Shown piece by piece: positions 41,201 to 49,713 of a DNA stretch of 64,000 nucleotides. The stretch comes from Candidatus Latescibacterota bacterium (GTDB lineage: Bacteria; Latescibacterota; UBA2968; GCA-2709665). Position 1 is the first letter of the stretch, and each line of letters starts with the position of its first letter. The stretch spans positions 3,584,001 through 3,648,000 of the forward strand of contig OZ244744.1 of assembly GCA_965219455.1 (NCBI GenBank), in the 5' to 3' direction. The position numbers and the translations under genes are program-made. The notes beneath the pieces were generated by a model. That model saw only the letters and a list, made by a program, of their open reading frames with translations, did no database searches and was not told the origin of the DNA.

Positions 41201-42997
41201 GACACCCGCAGGAACGGCGATCGGAAGGATGATGTAACCGTACTCTTTACCGGCCGCCTTTCGCATTGCGCGGCCAACCGCTTGCACGATATCGACATGA
41301 GAATTACGTGGGCTCATGAACAGCACGGCGTCGAGCGCCGGCACGTCGATGCCTTCCGAAAGGCACCTGGCGTTCGAGAGAATGCGACATGCGCCGTTGG
41401 AATCCCCCTTCAACCACTCAATCCGGACCTTGCGGTCCAGCGCGTGATGTTTCCCATCGACGTGGCGCGTCTCGCATCGGAAGGCGCCCGGTTGGTCCGT
41501 CTCGGGCAATGTCTCAATCGCGTGCCCAACGATGTCGTCCCAGTGGGTTTCAAGCCGCCTGGAGGACAAAATGGTGTTGGTGAACGCGATCGCGCGACCC
41601 AGTGGTCGGATCGGCCCGTCGCCGGTTCGCTTGTTCTCGGGATTCTGCAGTGCGCGCCAGCATCCAACGATTTTCGCCGCGTCGGTGAGGTTGATTTCGC
41701 TTCCACTCGATGCCAGGTGAGCCTGTAAGGTGGCATCGACGTGTTGCTCGGACATGGCGAGCACCACGACCTTGTAGTCCGAGAGTAAATCCTGCTCCAC
41801 GGCTCGGGAGAAGGGAAGGCGGTGGAATTCCGGACCGTACGTTGCGGGATCGTCCATCGAGAACACTTCAACGTCGTGATTCGCCGCTTTGGCCTTCGCG
41901 CCTTCTGTATAGAGGCGTGGTGTAGCCGTCATATACAGGCGCTTTTTTGCACGTATTTTCTCCGCAACGTGCACCAGAACGAACGGCGAGGTCTTATCGC
42001 CTGGCCGCTCGACACCCGTTGTTCGGTGCGCTTCGTCGCAGATAATGAGATCGAATGGAGGAGCACCGCCGTCCTGTGCCTGTTGTACAAGACCGAGCGA
42101 GTGGTAAGTGCAGAAAACGATCGTTATCGCATTCGCGGTTTCCTTCCAAAGTGCAATTGAAATTGCCTCGGGGTCGGTGGTAACGGGGATTTCCAGTTCC
42201 TGAAGCGATGCATCTTCGTCCGTGCGTCCAGCGCGAGTATCGGAGCAGATGCCGATATATCGGTGGGGCACCGCGCGCTGCTCCGCCCATTCGCGCATCG
42301 TCTGCTGGAATAACGAGATGGAAGGCACTAAATACAGTACACGACCACCAACACCTGCGATGGTCTCGGCAATGCGTAGCGCCGCAAAGGTTTTGCCCGT
42401 ACCGCACGCCATGATCAACTTGCCGCGATCATGTTCCTCGAATCCTTTCATAACGTCGCCCAGCGCCGCTTGCTGGTGCGGCCGGAGACGGAATGGCTCT
42501 CGCCGCAGGGAGAGCTTTTCAGGCGCATCACGAAGGAGGTCCGGCCAATCGATGGGCCGGTTCGCCAGGTCGCCGAAACGCAGCACGGTGCAGGGAAGAC
42601 TCAACTTCTCAACGAGTTTTCGGGCGTTGGGTCCCCATTCCGCTCCTGTATCGACGACGAGGAGTGTGGTGAAGGGCTCGCGCGCCGAAGCAGAAACGAA
42701 CGAATCGAGATGCCGTTTCGAAATGGTAGTGCTCGGTTTATAGCACTTGCACTGGATAGCGCAATATCCGCCATCCCGCTCTTCCGCGACCAGATCGATA
42801 CCCGTGTCCGTGCCATCGAAGCCGGGTCGCATAAATGCCCAATCGGACCACAGCCAGACATCGGAAAACCGGTCTCGGTACAGCGGATCCTGAAGAAAGT
42901 ACGCCTTCATCAGCCGCTCGAAGAGCCGTCCCTTCGCTGCTTCCGAGTCCGCTATCGATCGGATATGGTCCAGCGCGCGCTGAAAGCCGTCGGTCAT
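38258..42997 (-). CDS. Type ISP restriction-modification enzyme (LlaGI/LlaBIII-like)
   Basis: 1579 aa: Mrr-like nuclease (GIDLVAE...AIQCK), SF2 helicase (MACGTGKT, DEAH, LSEGIDVP, QAVGR), adenine MTase (DPFTGTG, NPPW), C-terminal TRD and LPRIP motif. Confidence 0.94.
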   Translation of the reverse strand: MTDGFQRALDHIRSIADSEAAKGRLFERLMKAYFLQDPLYRDRFSDVWLWSDWAFMRPGFDGTDTGIDLVAEERDGGYCAIQCKCYKPSTTISKRHLDSFVSASAREPFTTLLVVDTGAEWGPNARKLVEKLSLPCTVLRFGDLANRPIDWPDLLRDAPEKLSLRREPFRLRPHQQAALGDVMKGFEEHDRGKLIMACGTGKTFAALRIAETIAGVGGRVLYLVPSISLFQQTMREWAEQRAVPHRYIGICSDTRAGRTDEDASLQELEIPVTTDPEAISIALWKETANAITIVFCTYHSLGLVQQAQDGGAPPFDLIICDEAHRTTGVERPGDKTSPFVLVHVAEKIRAKKRLYMTATPRLYTEGAKAKAANHDVEVFSMDDPATYGPEFHRLPFSRAVEQDLLSDYKVVVLAMSEQHVDATLQAHLASSGSEINLTDAAKIVGCWRALQNPENKRTGDGPIRPLGRAIAFTNTILSSRRLETHWDDIVGHAIETLPETDQPGAFRCETRHVDGKHHALDRKVRIEWLKGDSNGACRILSNARCLSEGIDVPALDAVLFMSPRNSHVDIVQAVGRAMRKAAGKEYGYIILPIAVPAGVDPSAALDDNERFAAVWSVLRALRSHDDRFDAEINKIDLNDIPTDRIIFSDGIDGEALEDAPELAFPPLDLPPGAIYAKIVEKCGDRKYWETWAKDVADIFSRIVTRIERLLAQPGNETLREWFEAFHEELKVSINESITTDSAIDMMAQHILTRPVFEALFEHYDFASGNPVAQALDSLRADFGEFGLENETRDLVRFYDSVRMRARGLDNSEARQRVLMELYERFFATALKKDADRLGIVYTPVEIVDFILNSADYVLRKQFGRSLSDEGVHVLDPFTGTGIFLVRLLQSALIRDSDLSRKYHSELHANEIVVLAYYIAAIHIEEAFHGRRGPESSYEPFDGIVLTDTFNLHTDRTGFPRVWLPDNSERVERQQNTPIQVIVGNPPWSAGQRSSADDNPNVDYPEIEQRVSDTYAVRSRATLKNSLYDTYKMAIRWASDRIGDQGVVAFVTNGSYIDGNVDSGVRACLTEEFSSVYVVNLRGNQRTQGERSRQEGGKVFGQGSRAPVAITILIRNPGAGPEGCRILYRDIGNYLSREEKLANLRDAGSIAGIQDWQEITPDRHHDWIGQRDEAFQKLYPMGTKDAKAGKVGAEAIFKLFSNGYKTGRDAYVYNFAFDGCIENARSMVRNYQDAILVCEERPNYTIDEIVRLCSSNLHWDERLKGRLYRNSPAKFSKSYVRGVAFRPFVKQHLYADTAFAQRPALTGEIFPTADDRNRAICVPGVGSTKPFSTLVVDMMPDLELISKGQCFPRFRYASTDGGLQYNRQGVEHIDNIADTALDAFRVHYKDGFISKDAIFDYVYGILHHSGYREQFENDLAKELPRIPFAPDFHAFSEAGRRLTELHLNYETCEEYPLDIVFSQPGEPRTQHLRLGERAMKFEDDEKTVLRINEHVSLRGIPAEPHRYQVNGRTPLEWLIDRYRIKRDATSGIVNDPNGWFDDPRDLVAAVRRIVHVSVETVHIVEGLPEAFQASSNEATA

Positions 42998-43151
42998 TCT
43001 TTACTCCCCCTGAAACACTGGCCCGGGCGATAGCCAGAGCCGGATGAGATAGACGATGCGGTCCGTACCTATGTTGGAAATAATCCTCATGGCGCAAATA
43101 ATGGTAAATTTCAGCCAAACTATCTTGGACGGAGTCTATTAGCCGGAGAAC

Positions 43152-43392
43152 CAATATATGAAAATCGACGTTGGTGGTCAATCCAACCCTGAGCCCAATG
43201 TGTCGCATTTTTCGACAGTTACGGCACGTTGTAAGGCACAAAAAAAGACCCGACGAGACGTTCATCGGGGTCTTGTGTCTGGCAGCACGAGCAACACTCG
43301 GCAGTCAGCTAAACCGGATTGCACTACGTCCAGGCAAAGTCAATCTTCGACATGTGCGCAAGGACGAGGGCAACCACAAGGGTTGCCCCTAC
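43152..43392. repeat. ~240 bp non-coding duplicate (partner ~48500-48740) with REP-like palindrome and minus-strand terminator
   Basis: Shared GGTGGTCAATCCAACCC...CCCGACGAGACGTTCATCGGGGTCTTGTGTCTGGCAGCACGAGCAACACTCGGCAGTCAGCT...GGGCAACCACAAGGGTTGCCCCTAC. Confidence 0.85.
43240..43274 (-). terminator. Putative intrinsic terminator (second copy 48585-48621)
   Basis: Minus strand AAGACCCCGATGAACGTCTCGTCGGGTCTTTTTTT. Confidence 0.65.
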
Positions 43393-43421
43393 AAAGGCCA
43401 ACGACGGCGTGGGGGCGTTGT

Positions 43422-44010
43422 TCATGCGGGGCCAATCTTTCTTTTAATCTGCTCTGCGGGCGCCTCGCCTTGAGCCGTTCGGCGATAGCGTTGGTGGCGA
43501 CTGGTGGGCTTGTCCGGGAGGGTCATTTCAATCAGCCCCGCCTTGAGGGCGGGCTTTAGGTACGACGCGAGGAAGTGGTGCCGGTCTTTGAATTCCAATG
43601 CTGCCTGGATACGGGCGCGGCTCATCGCTCTGGTGAGTACAACCACGAGTTGCTCGACATGATCGGAGACCTGTCCGACATCTTGTGGGGTATCTTGTGG
43701 GGTGTCCTGACCATTCTTCTTATTTATCAATGGCTTATCTTGTCCGGTATCTTGTTCGGTCTCCGCAAGAGAAGCCCGTTCATGCACTGGCAATCGCACC
43801 AGAAACCAGGTCCGATCCTCGTCGCTTTCGAACATGGGTTCCGGTGAGCCGTTCTGCCGCATGGACCGGAAAATCTTCGGCACCCCGGTTAAGCGGGCCT
43901 CGGCGAGTTCGATCTCTTTCAGAAACTCACGAATACGCCGGTTACGGTAGCGCCTGCTCACGGCCTGCCCCTTCTTGAAGTCATCCATACGGATGGAGCG
44001 GTCCGCACCG
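43422..44010 (-). pseudogene. 5'-truncated HATPase_c_4 (RecG-C-like) + Fic-like wHTH regulator
   Basis: RRYRNRRIREFLKE...TGVPKI...NGSPEP; QDTP repeats; YLKPALKAGLIEMTLPDKPTSRHQRY. Confidence 0.8.
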
Positions 44011-44270
44011 AAAAAGCAAAAGGAAAAAGGAGGAAGGCAGAAGGAAGAAATATAAGCAGGATAAACACGTGGTCTGCCGGCGGTCAAGCTGTTTGCGAAT
44101 GCCTGCCTATTACTTGAGCCTCGGTCCGCCTGGGAGGACCTGAATAGAGGCGAATGATCCGCAGTGCAAACTCCTTCGTCCGCGTCCGAAGATCCGCCAC
44201 TTTTTCCTTCTTCCTTCTTCGTTTTTCCTTCCTCCTTCCTCCTTCCTCCTTCTTCCTTTCTCCTTCTACG
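44011..44270. repeat. Inverted pair of purine-rich heptamer tracts (similar pair 48148-48256)
   Basis: AAAAGGAAAAAGGAGGAAGGCAGAAGG...TTCCTTCTTCCTTC... Confidence 0.7.
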
Positions 44271-44667
44271 GCTCCGCGGTGTCAGGCAACTGCAAGGCGG
44301 CGTCATCGAAGGTGTAAAAAGCGCTCAACTCGTCTCCGTCGGCTGCCGTCTTTCTGGCCTTGCATACGATCAGGGCGTCGGCGAAGTCCGCCTCCGTCCT
44401 GCGAAATGCCTGCAAGGCGCTCCAGACCACCTCATCGTCCTCGAAGCGCACGTTGGAATCTTGCAGCAGGTTATTGACCAAGTCGATCAGGTCGGCCCGG
44501 GTCGCGCGATACCGGCGGCCAGCTAACGTCCACGTCGTTTCCGCCAGTACCACATCCGTAATGAGAACGCGCTCACCGCATTCAATTATGCGCCGCGCCC
44601 GTTCAGCCTGCGCTTCGTCGTCTCTCAAGAGATAGCGCAGCAGGACATTGGCGTCGATTGCGATCAA
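44266..44667 (-). CDS. vapC: VapC family PIN toxin
   Basis: MIAIDANVLLRYL...VLAET.W.L...DFADALI...YTFD. Confidence 0.9.
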   Translation of the reverse strand: MIAIDANVLLRYLLRDDEAQAERARRIIECGERVLITDVVLAETTWTLAGRRYRATRADLIDLVNNLLQDSNVRFEDDEVVWSALQAFRRTEADFADALIVCKARKTAADGDELSAFYTFDDAALQLPDTAEP

Positions 44668-44900
44668 GGCGTTTGGTCCCGCTTTCTTTCCATGGCGTCC
44701 TGGCGCGACTCCTCGTCCGAAACCGTCGGATCTCCTTCAAGATACGCCAGGCATCCCCAGGCGCTGCCGGGCTTCTGGCGGACGATGGTAATGCGGCCAT
44801 CGGCCACGAAACTCCGGCACTCGTCGCCTGGCTCGATGCCGGCTAAACGGCACTGATCAGCCGGAAGCGTTATCTGTCGCTTGGCGCTGACTTTGGGCAC
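44664..44900 (-). CDS. AbrB/MazE/SpoVT family antitoxin
   Basis: MPKVSAKRQITLP......GIEPGDE; overlaps vapC start. Confidence 0.88.
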   Translation of the reverse strand: MPKVSAKRQITLPADQCRLAGIEPGDECRSFVADGRITIVRQKPGSAWGCLAYLEGDPTVSDEESRQDAMERKRDQTP

Positions 44901-45011
44901 GATCTTCTCCCATGATGGTGATCACGTCAGAATTTCATACGAATTACTTTACTTACTGAAAAATACAAAGAAAATTATCAGAATGTAAAAAACCTGAGCA
45001 GAGAGGCAGAC

Positions 45012-45044
45012 TTACGCCGCCAACGCCTCATTCAATTCGTCAAG
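45012..45044 (-). pseudogene. Last codons of a Type I restriction subunit (HsdR, EcoEI-like)
   Basis: LDELNEALAA*, same C-terminus as the remnant at 48256. Confidence 0.55.
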
Positions 45045-45090
45045 GGAACAACGCGTTCTTGGCCAACGCAAATGACGTGTCAGATGAGAC

Positions 45091-45495
45091 CTAAAATCCG
45101 ACACGCTTCTCATTGTGATCTTGAAGGGTTCCTTCGAAAATGCTTCGAAGATATTCGGCTATCAGACGATTGCGAGCAATTAAGTCTTGATCTTCTTGAT
45201 TGGATTCGGAAGCTTCGAAAGAAGCGATTAGATTCTGAACCTTTTCCTTCAATCCCTGTTCATCTTTTATATCCATGTGTTGGAAGAATAGATTTAACAC
45301 CAGCTGATTCGCAAGAACGTGAGCAGAGATTTCTTGACTTATAGAGTCTTCTGTGTCTGCGGGCTTAAAGTGCAATTCATATAACAACAAAGCAGCTTTG
45401 AAACGTATCTCGCGATCTTTCATATCTTGCCGATTTATTATTCTCCATAGAGAATTGTTTAATTCATCCCATGCAAGTTGCTTATTTATGTCCAT
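45091..45495 (-). CDS. Hypothetical protein
   Basis: 134-aa AT-rich ORF with purine-rich RBS. Confidence 0.55.
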   Translation of the reverse strand: MDINKQLAWDELNNSLWRIINRQDMKDREIRFKAALLLYELHFKPADTEDSISQEISAHVLANQLVLNLFFQHMDIKDEQGLKEKVQNLIASFEASESNQEDQDLIARNRLIAEYLRSIFEGTLQDHNEKRVGF

Positions 45496-45567
45496 TCTCT
45501 TTCTCCCGATATAAAGTTACTTTCGTAGAAGTGCATCGGTTGATCTGCTCTCAACGAAATTTATTAG

Positions 45568-47273
45568 AGTCTTACAGTGTGACTTCTACGCAAAATGCGT
45601 AGATAATTATTCATGCTGCTTGTTTAGTGGTAGGGTGTTGATGGTAAAGGGTCAAAGACAAGGCGAGTGTTTTGTGCCCCGCGGGTGTGACGCGCCATCG
45701 TCTGGACCGTGGGATTTTTGCAATCAGGCCGCGGACGTGTAGACGTTTGAGGAGGCGGCTGGTGGCATTGGCGTGCCGAGTGCGTTGCAGAAGGGATGCG
45801 GGTTGTTGGAAGAGGTGTGTTCGGATGTCCTGGTTGCGGAAGCCCATAAGGGCGTGTTCGCCTTTCAACACAGCGGTAAACAGGTCGAGGTCGTAAAGGT
45901 CGGCGGGGTTAAAGCCCCGATAGGTACGTCCCTTGTGCCTGCGTGGCCGCGCCAGTGTGGTGAGGCTTTGATGTCCGGTAGCGGCGTCAGGGGCTGCGGA
46001 CAGCGCCTGAAAGTAGCGTTGGTTGGCCGTCAACGAGATTTCCCGATAGCGGTAGAGGTTGGCCACGCCTTTGGCCATGGGATACCAGCCCATCACGCGT
46101 TGTCCTCGCCGTATGCCCCAGCGGCGAACCTTGAACTGCCTTGGATGGTTGATCACTGTTTCGACGCGTAGTACGCACCCGTGTTTGTCGTACATTTTAA
46201 TCCAGTTCTCACACATCCGGTGTTTGACTCTTGCGCCTTTGTGGCGTTTGTTTTTGAAGTCCGTGAGGACTTCACCCTGAAAGTTGCCGTGGAGTTTGCG
46301 GCCCAGGAAGGTCAAGATGTCCTGGGGAGAGAAGCACAGCACCGTGTGTCTGAGCAGGTTTTCATACAGCGCCTTCAGGGCGTGGGGGTTTTGGAACATC
46401 ACGTCGGTGGCGAACTCGGCCTGGTCAACGACCCAGTAGTAGTCCATGCCCAAAAGCAGGTCGTTGAGCAGGGGGTTGACCTTGCGGGCGAACGCAGAGA
46501 GAATGCGCGGCCAATTCTTGCCCACAAAACGATCGGCAAAGCGTTGCGCCCGGTCCACATCGGCAATCCAGACAAACGCGTTGTCCAATTTTTCATAGGC
46601 GATGCCGTGTTTGTCGAGCTTGCGCGCCAAGAACTCGTGGCCATTGAGACAGATCTGTACCACCAGCGGGAACCAGGACTGGATGCGGATATGCATCAGT
46701 CCAAACTCCCGGTCAATCCAGTAGAAGTAGTAGCACAGGCATTTCCGTTGTGCGTTGATCAGGCGAGGCCTTCCTTCCCCTGGCACCAGCTTGAAACTCT
46801 GGCAGCCTTCCAGGGCCCGAAACACACAGACCAGGCCTTGCGTGATCCCATCGCGTTTTGCCAACCGTCGCGCTTCGTCCTCTTTCCTGATGGTGTTGCG
46901 TTGCAGATAGATGAACGGGCGCTCGTGCTTGTTTGCCATCGCCTCCGCGTGGGCTTTGATCGTATCGGAATGCGTCATCACAAAACGCTTGAAGTCCTTC
47001 AACAACAAACCCTGATTGCTGATGAACCGCTCCATCGCAGTTCCAAATCCCAGCGGCAGGTACCCTTTGAACAGAACCCGATCAAAACAGGATACCACTC
47101 CGGTGATTTTTTCACTACATTGGTCCACGAAGTCTTTCACGGCGTTCCTCCTTCCATTGATGGCGGTGGGTACCACCATCATAGGGGATGAACGCCGTTT
47201 TGCATACCCAAAAACAATCTGCTCTTGACTACCACCTATTTGGTTGCGGCTGAGCAAAGCGAAGCCGCGCTAG
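45568..47273 (-). mobile_element. Putative unclassified IS-like element without TIRs (hairpin ends, TAG at both junctions)
   Basis: TAG at 45565-45567 and 47271-47273; hairpins at 45585-45603 and 47246-47268; GC-richer than the AT-rich flanks; single large ORF. Confidence 0.62.
45611..47140 (-). CDS. Putative transposase/replication-initiator-like protein (YDK...RxE motif, C-terminal wHTH), 509 aa
   Basis: GTG start at 47140 with AAGGAGG RBS; SCFDRVLFKG, CLNGHE, QAEFATD, WIKMYDKHGCVLRVETVIN, GFRNQDIR...RLLKRLHVRGLIAKIPRSRRWRVT. Confidence 0.75.
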   Translation of the reverse strand: MKDFVDQCSEKITGVVSCFDRVLFKGYLPLGFGTAMERFISNQGLLLKDFKRFVMTHSDTIKAHAEAMANKHERPFIYLQRNTIRKEDEARRLAKRDGITQGLVCVFRALEGCQSFKLVPGEGRPRLINAQRKCLCYYFYWIDREFGLMHIRIQSWFPLVVQICLNGHEFLARKLDKHGIAYEKLDNAFVWIADVDRAQRFADRFVGKNWPRILSAFARKVNPLLNDLLLGMDYYWVVDQAEFATDVMFQNPHALKALYENLLRHTVLCFSPQDILTFLGRKLHGNFQGEVLTDFKNKRHKGARVKHRMCENWIKMYDKHGCVLRVETVINHPRQFKVRRWGIRRGQRVMGWYPMAKGVANLYRYREISLTANQRYFQALSAAPDAATGHQSLTTLARPRRHKGRTYRGFNPADLYDLDLFTAVLKGEHALMGFRNQDIRTHLFQQPASLLQRTRHANATSRLLKRLHVRGLIAKIPRSRRWRVTPAGHKTLALSLTLYHQHPTTKQAA

Positions 47274-47284
47274 GGAGTAGGTAA

Positions 47285-47521
47285 ATGATCAAGAAGAAAG
47301 TTGCAAATTCCGGCAGAAAAACGGCTAAAAAGGTCGTTAACAACCTCATTAATAGACCCTCTTGCGTCCAACGTCGTTGCAACCACAGAGAGGGCAGAAC
47401 GGTCCTCCGCCGAAGCGGAGTTCTTCCAAATATTCAAGACACGACTTTTGATCCGGAAAACGTTCGAAAATCTGATACTCTGATACAAAGACATGGCAGA
47501 TTTCGGGCTTTCTGGAAGTGA
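47285..47521 (+). CDS. Hypothetical small basic protein
   Basis: GGAG RBS upstream; 78 aa. Confidence 0.35.
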   Translation: MIKKKVANSGRKTAKKVVNNLINRPSCVQRRCNHREGRTVLRRSGVLPNIQDTTFDPENVRKSDTLIQRHGRFRAFWK

Positions 47522-48010
47522 TTCCTGGCAGAATCCTTTGTGGTTTGTGCCTGGCAGGGCACGTGTGGGATTGCGGGTTTGACTGTTGTTATCCCCTTAA
47601 AGCCCGATCTCTGCCAAACTTCCGGGAACTTTTTTCGAAAATTTCCCCTTTTTAGCCAAATTTCCTGCCGATTTAACGCAATTGAAACAAAATAAAGCCC
47701 TGGTATCCGAACCCAGGGCTTTGAATCTTGTCTATCTAACGAATGCGTCCAAGATAGATTCCACTATCTTTTCGCACTCGCGACTTGCCACAAGGATGAT
47801 GATCACGAGTCTGTCGCGATCCCATCCCTTGGATTTTCGCCTTTCCATGGCGATCCTCCTTGTCAAACTGGGTTCGGTGCCAGGGTGGCACCCAGGACTC
47901 GATCGACAGACTCAGATCATCAACATCATCTGCTTTAACTATATATCAAAATGATTGAAAGTCAAGTATGGGTGGCATACTTTTCGCGTTGGCCAAGAAC
48001 AGGTTGTTCC

Positions 48011-48135
48011 CTTCGTCAATTACGTCTTCCATCCGGTCGCCGAATAACTTGTACATCTGCCCCATTCCGCCCCTGCTATCGAACGGTGCTATGTCCAGAT
48101 CCTCGCAATCCAGATCGAACGAGGTGATGGTGCGG
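48011..48135 (-). pseudogene. Type I HsdR (EcoEI R C-terminal) fragment
   Basis: SFDLDCEDLDIAPFDSRGGMGQMYKLFGDRMEDVIDE. Confidence 0.72.
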
Positions 48136-48255
48136 CACTGTCGCGACAAGGAAAAAGGAGGAAGGTAGAAGGCAAAAGGCAGAAGGAGGAAATTTGAAAA
48201 AAATCAACGCGTGGTCAGTCGCCGGCATTATCCTTTTTCTTTCTACCTTCTGCCT

Positions 48256-48434
48256 TCACGCGGCCAAAGCCTCATTCAACTCATCGATAACATCTTCCAT
48301 CCGGTCACCAAATAGCTTGTACATCTGCCCCAACCCGCCCGTGCTATCGACGAGCTTGTTTCTTGACTGTACCTTCCAGCCGCGTTGATTTTGTCGCGCG
48401 CCTTTTGTTCCGGAGTGCGGTAAATGTCAGTCAC
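48256..48434 (-). pseudogene. Type I HsdR remnant, N-terminus joined to C-terminus
   Basis: TPEQKARDKINAAG (HsdR start) followed, in another frame, by DSTGGLGQMYKLFGDRMEDVIDELNEALAA*. Confidence 0.72.
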
Positions 48435-48811
48435 TGCGAACGTCCCATTTCGTAAACTCGCGCCATTCAACCGATCTATATAGGTTATCATAGAGCACGC
48501 AATATACAAGAATCGCAATTGGTGGTCAATCCAACCCAGATCACAATGTGACGCATTTTGCGACAGCTAAGGTGCATCGTTTAGAAAAAAAGAGCCCCGA
48601 CGAGACGTTCATCGGGGTCTTGTGTCTGGCAGCACGAGCAACACTCGGCAGTCAGCTGAAATCGGATAACGATACGTCCTGGCGAAGCCAATCGTCGATA
48701 TGCGCGCCACGACGAGGGCAACCACAAGGGTTGCCCCTACGAATTCGATGACGGCGCGGGCTAAATCAAACAGCGGTTGGCGTAACGACCGTAAATCCGA
48801 ACGGTGTAATG

Positions 48812-48915
48812 TCTTCATGTCAAGCAGCAGCAACGGTCTCATGATGGGGGGAGAGGGACCTCCTGCTCCTCCTGCCCCCACGGGGCATAGGCCATGGATT
48901 GGTCGATGTTCTCGG
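48812..48915 (-). pseudogene. DUF433 C-terminus / DUF5615 N-terminus remnant
   Basis: ENIDQSMAYAPW...EVPLPPS* overlapping MRPLLLLDM; duplicate of ~51245-51340. Confidence 0.65.
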
Positions 48916-48942
48916 GGCAGGAACGAAGCGAAGGGGGCTGGC

Positions 48943-49167
48943 TGAACGCGCAAGGGCGAGCTGCCTCGCCCGGCCCTTGCCATGTCAGTTGAGCCCGTAC
49001 TTTTCCTCACGCTCTTCTGTCTCGCCGCTGAGAAGTTGCTTGAATACGTCGAAATCAATCCTACCCTCGGTGAAAACCTCCCGAAACACGGCCTTCAGAT
49101 GCTCGACATTTTCGGCCACAACGTCCGCCGATCGGGTCACCGAGACGTTGGTCGTGATTTTTTTAAG
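48943..49167 (-). pseudogene. Type III RM methyltransferase (Mod) N-terminal remnant
   Basis: RSADVVAENVEHLKAVFREVFTEGRIDFDVFKQLL...REEKYGLN*HGKGRARQLAL; stop replaces the conserved Trp of YGLNWHGK. Confidence 0.78.
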
Positions 49168-49242
49168 TGTCTTCCGTCTTTAACGTCTGGAATCAGCGAG
49201 TATTTTCTCGATCCTGGCGGCGTACGTGCTTTGGTCCCAAAA

Positions 49243-49710
49243 TCAAGGGCCGCACAAGTTTCGGTTTCTTAACAGCCTGTCGTGCCTGCGCTGGAAGTTC
49301 CCGGCCCCACTCGTAGAATAAACTCTTCCTCGCGGATCGTCTATCAATCTCTTGTTTTTGAAGTCCTCCTGCAGCCTGCGATCGTTCGTGTATAGCAGTC
49401 GTGCGCCGCTGACCTGAGCCAGTGCAATGACATGTGGATCATCGGACGTGATTGCGCCCTCGCTCTGGAGTTGCTCTGTTCTTGCGTCAACTCCACTTTT
49501 GTTTACGATTCTCATTTTTCCAGCAAGCTGGGCCTCTTGTCCCCATCGTCTGAAGTCCGTCGAACTCTTCTCAAGCTCGTCAAGCAGCTTGCCTCCAACC
49601 ACCAGTCGGCCACTTCCTTTGTTGAGCCAATCAAAGAATCTCTCTCCTGCTGGCGGGAGGTTGGAACCGAATACCTCAGATACGGCGTTGGTGTCAATAA
49701 TTGCACACAT
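49243..49710 (-). CDS. PIN domain protein
   Basis: MCAIIDTN...ELE...SDDPHVIALAQVSGARLLYTNDRRL. Confidence 0.8.
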   Translation of the reverse strand: MCAIIDTNAVSEVFGSNLPPAGERFFDWLNKGSGRLVVGGKLLDELEKSSTDFRRWGQEAQLAGKMRIVNKSGVDARTEQLQSEGAITSDDPHVIALAQVSGARLLYTNDRRLQEDFKNKRLIDDPRGRVYSTSGAGNFQRRHDRLLRNRNLCGP

Positions 49711-49713
49711 TTT

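Noticed and set aside
44011-44306. N-terminal extension of the 294-aa ORF 43422-44306
   Set aside because: It is translated purine/pyrimidine heptamer repeat and overlaps vapC; only 43422-44010 is gene-derived.
46181-47191. 336-aa plus-strand ORF and similar long antisense ORFs across the window
   Set aside because: Shadow frames opposite well-supported genes in GC-rich DNA; no recognisable motifs.
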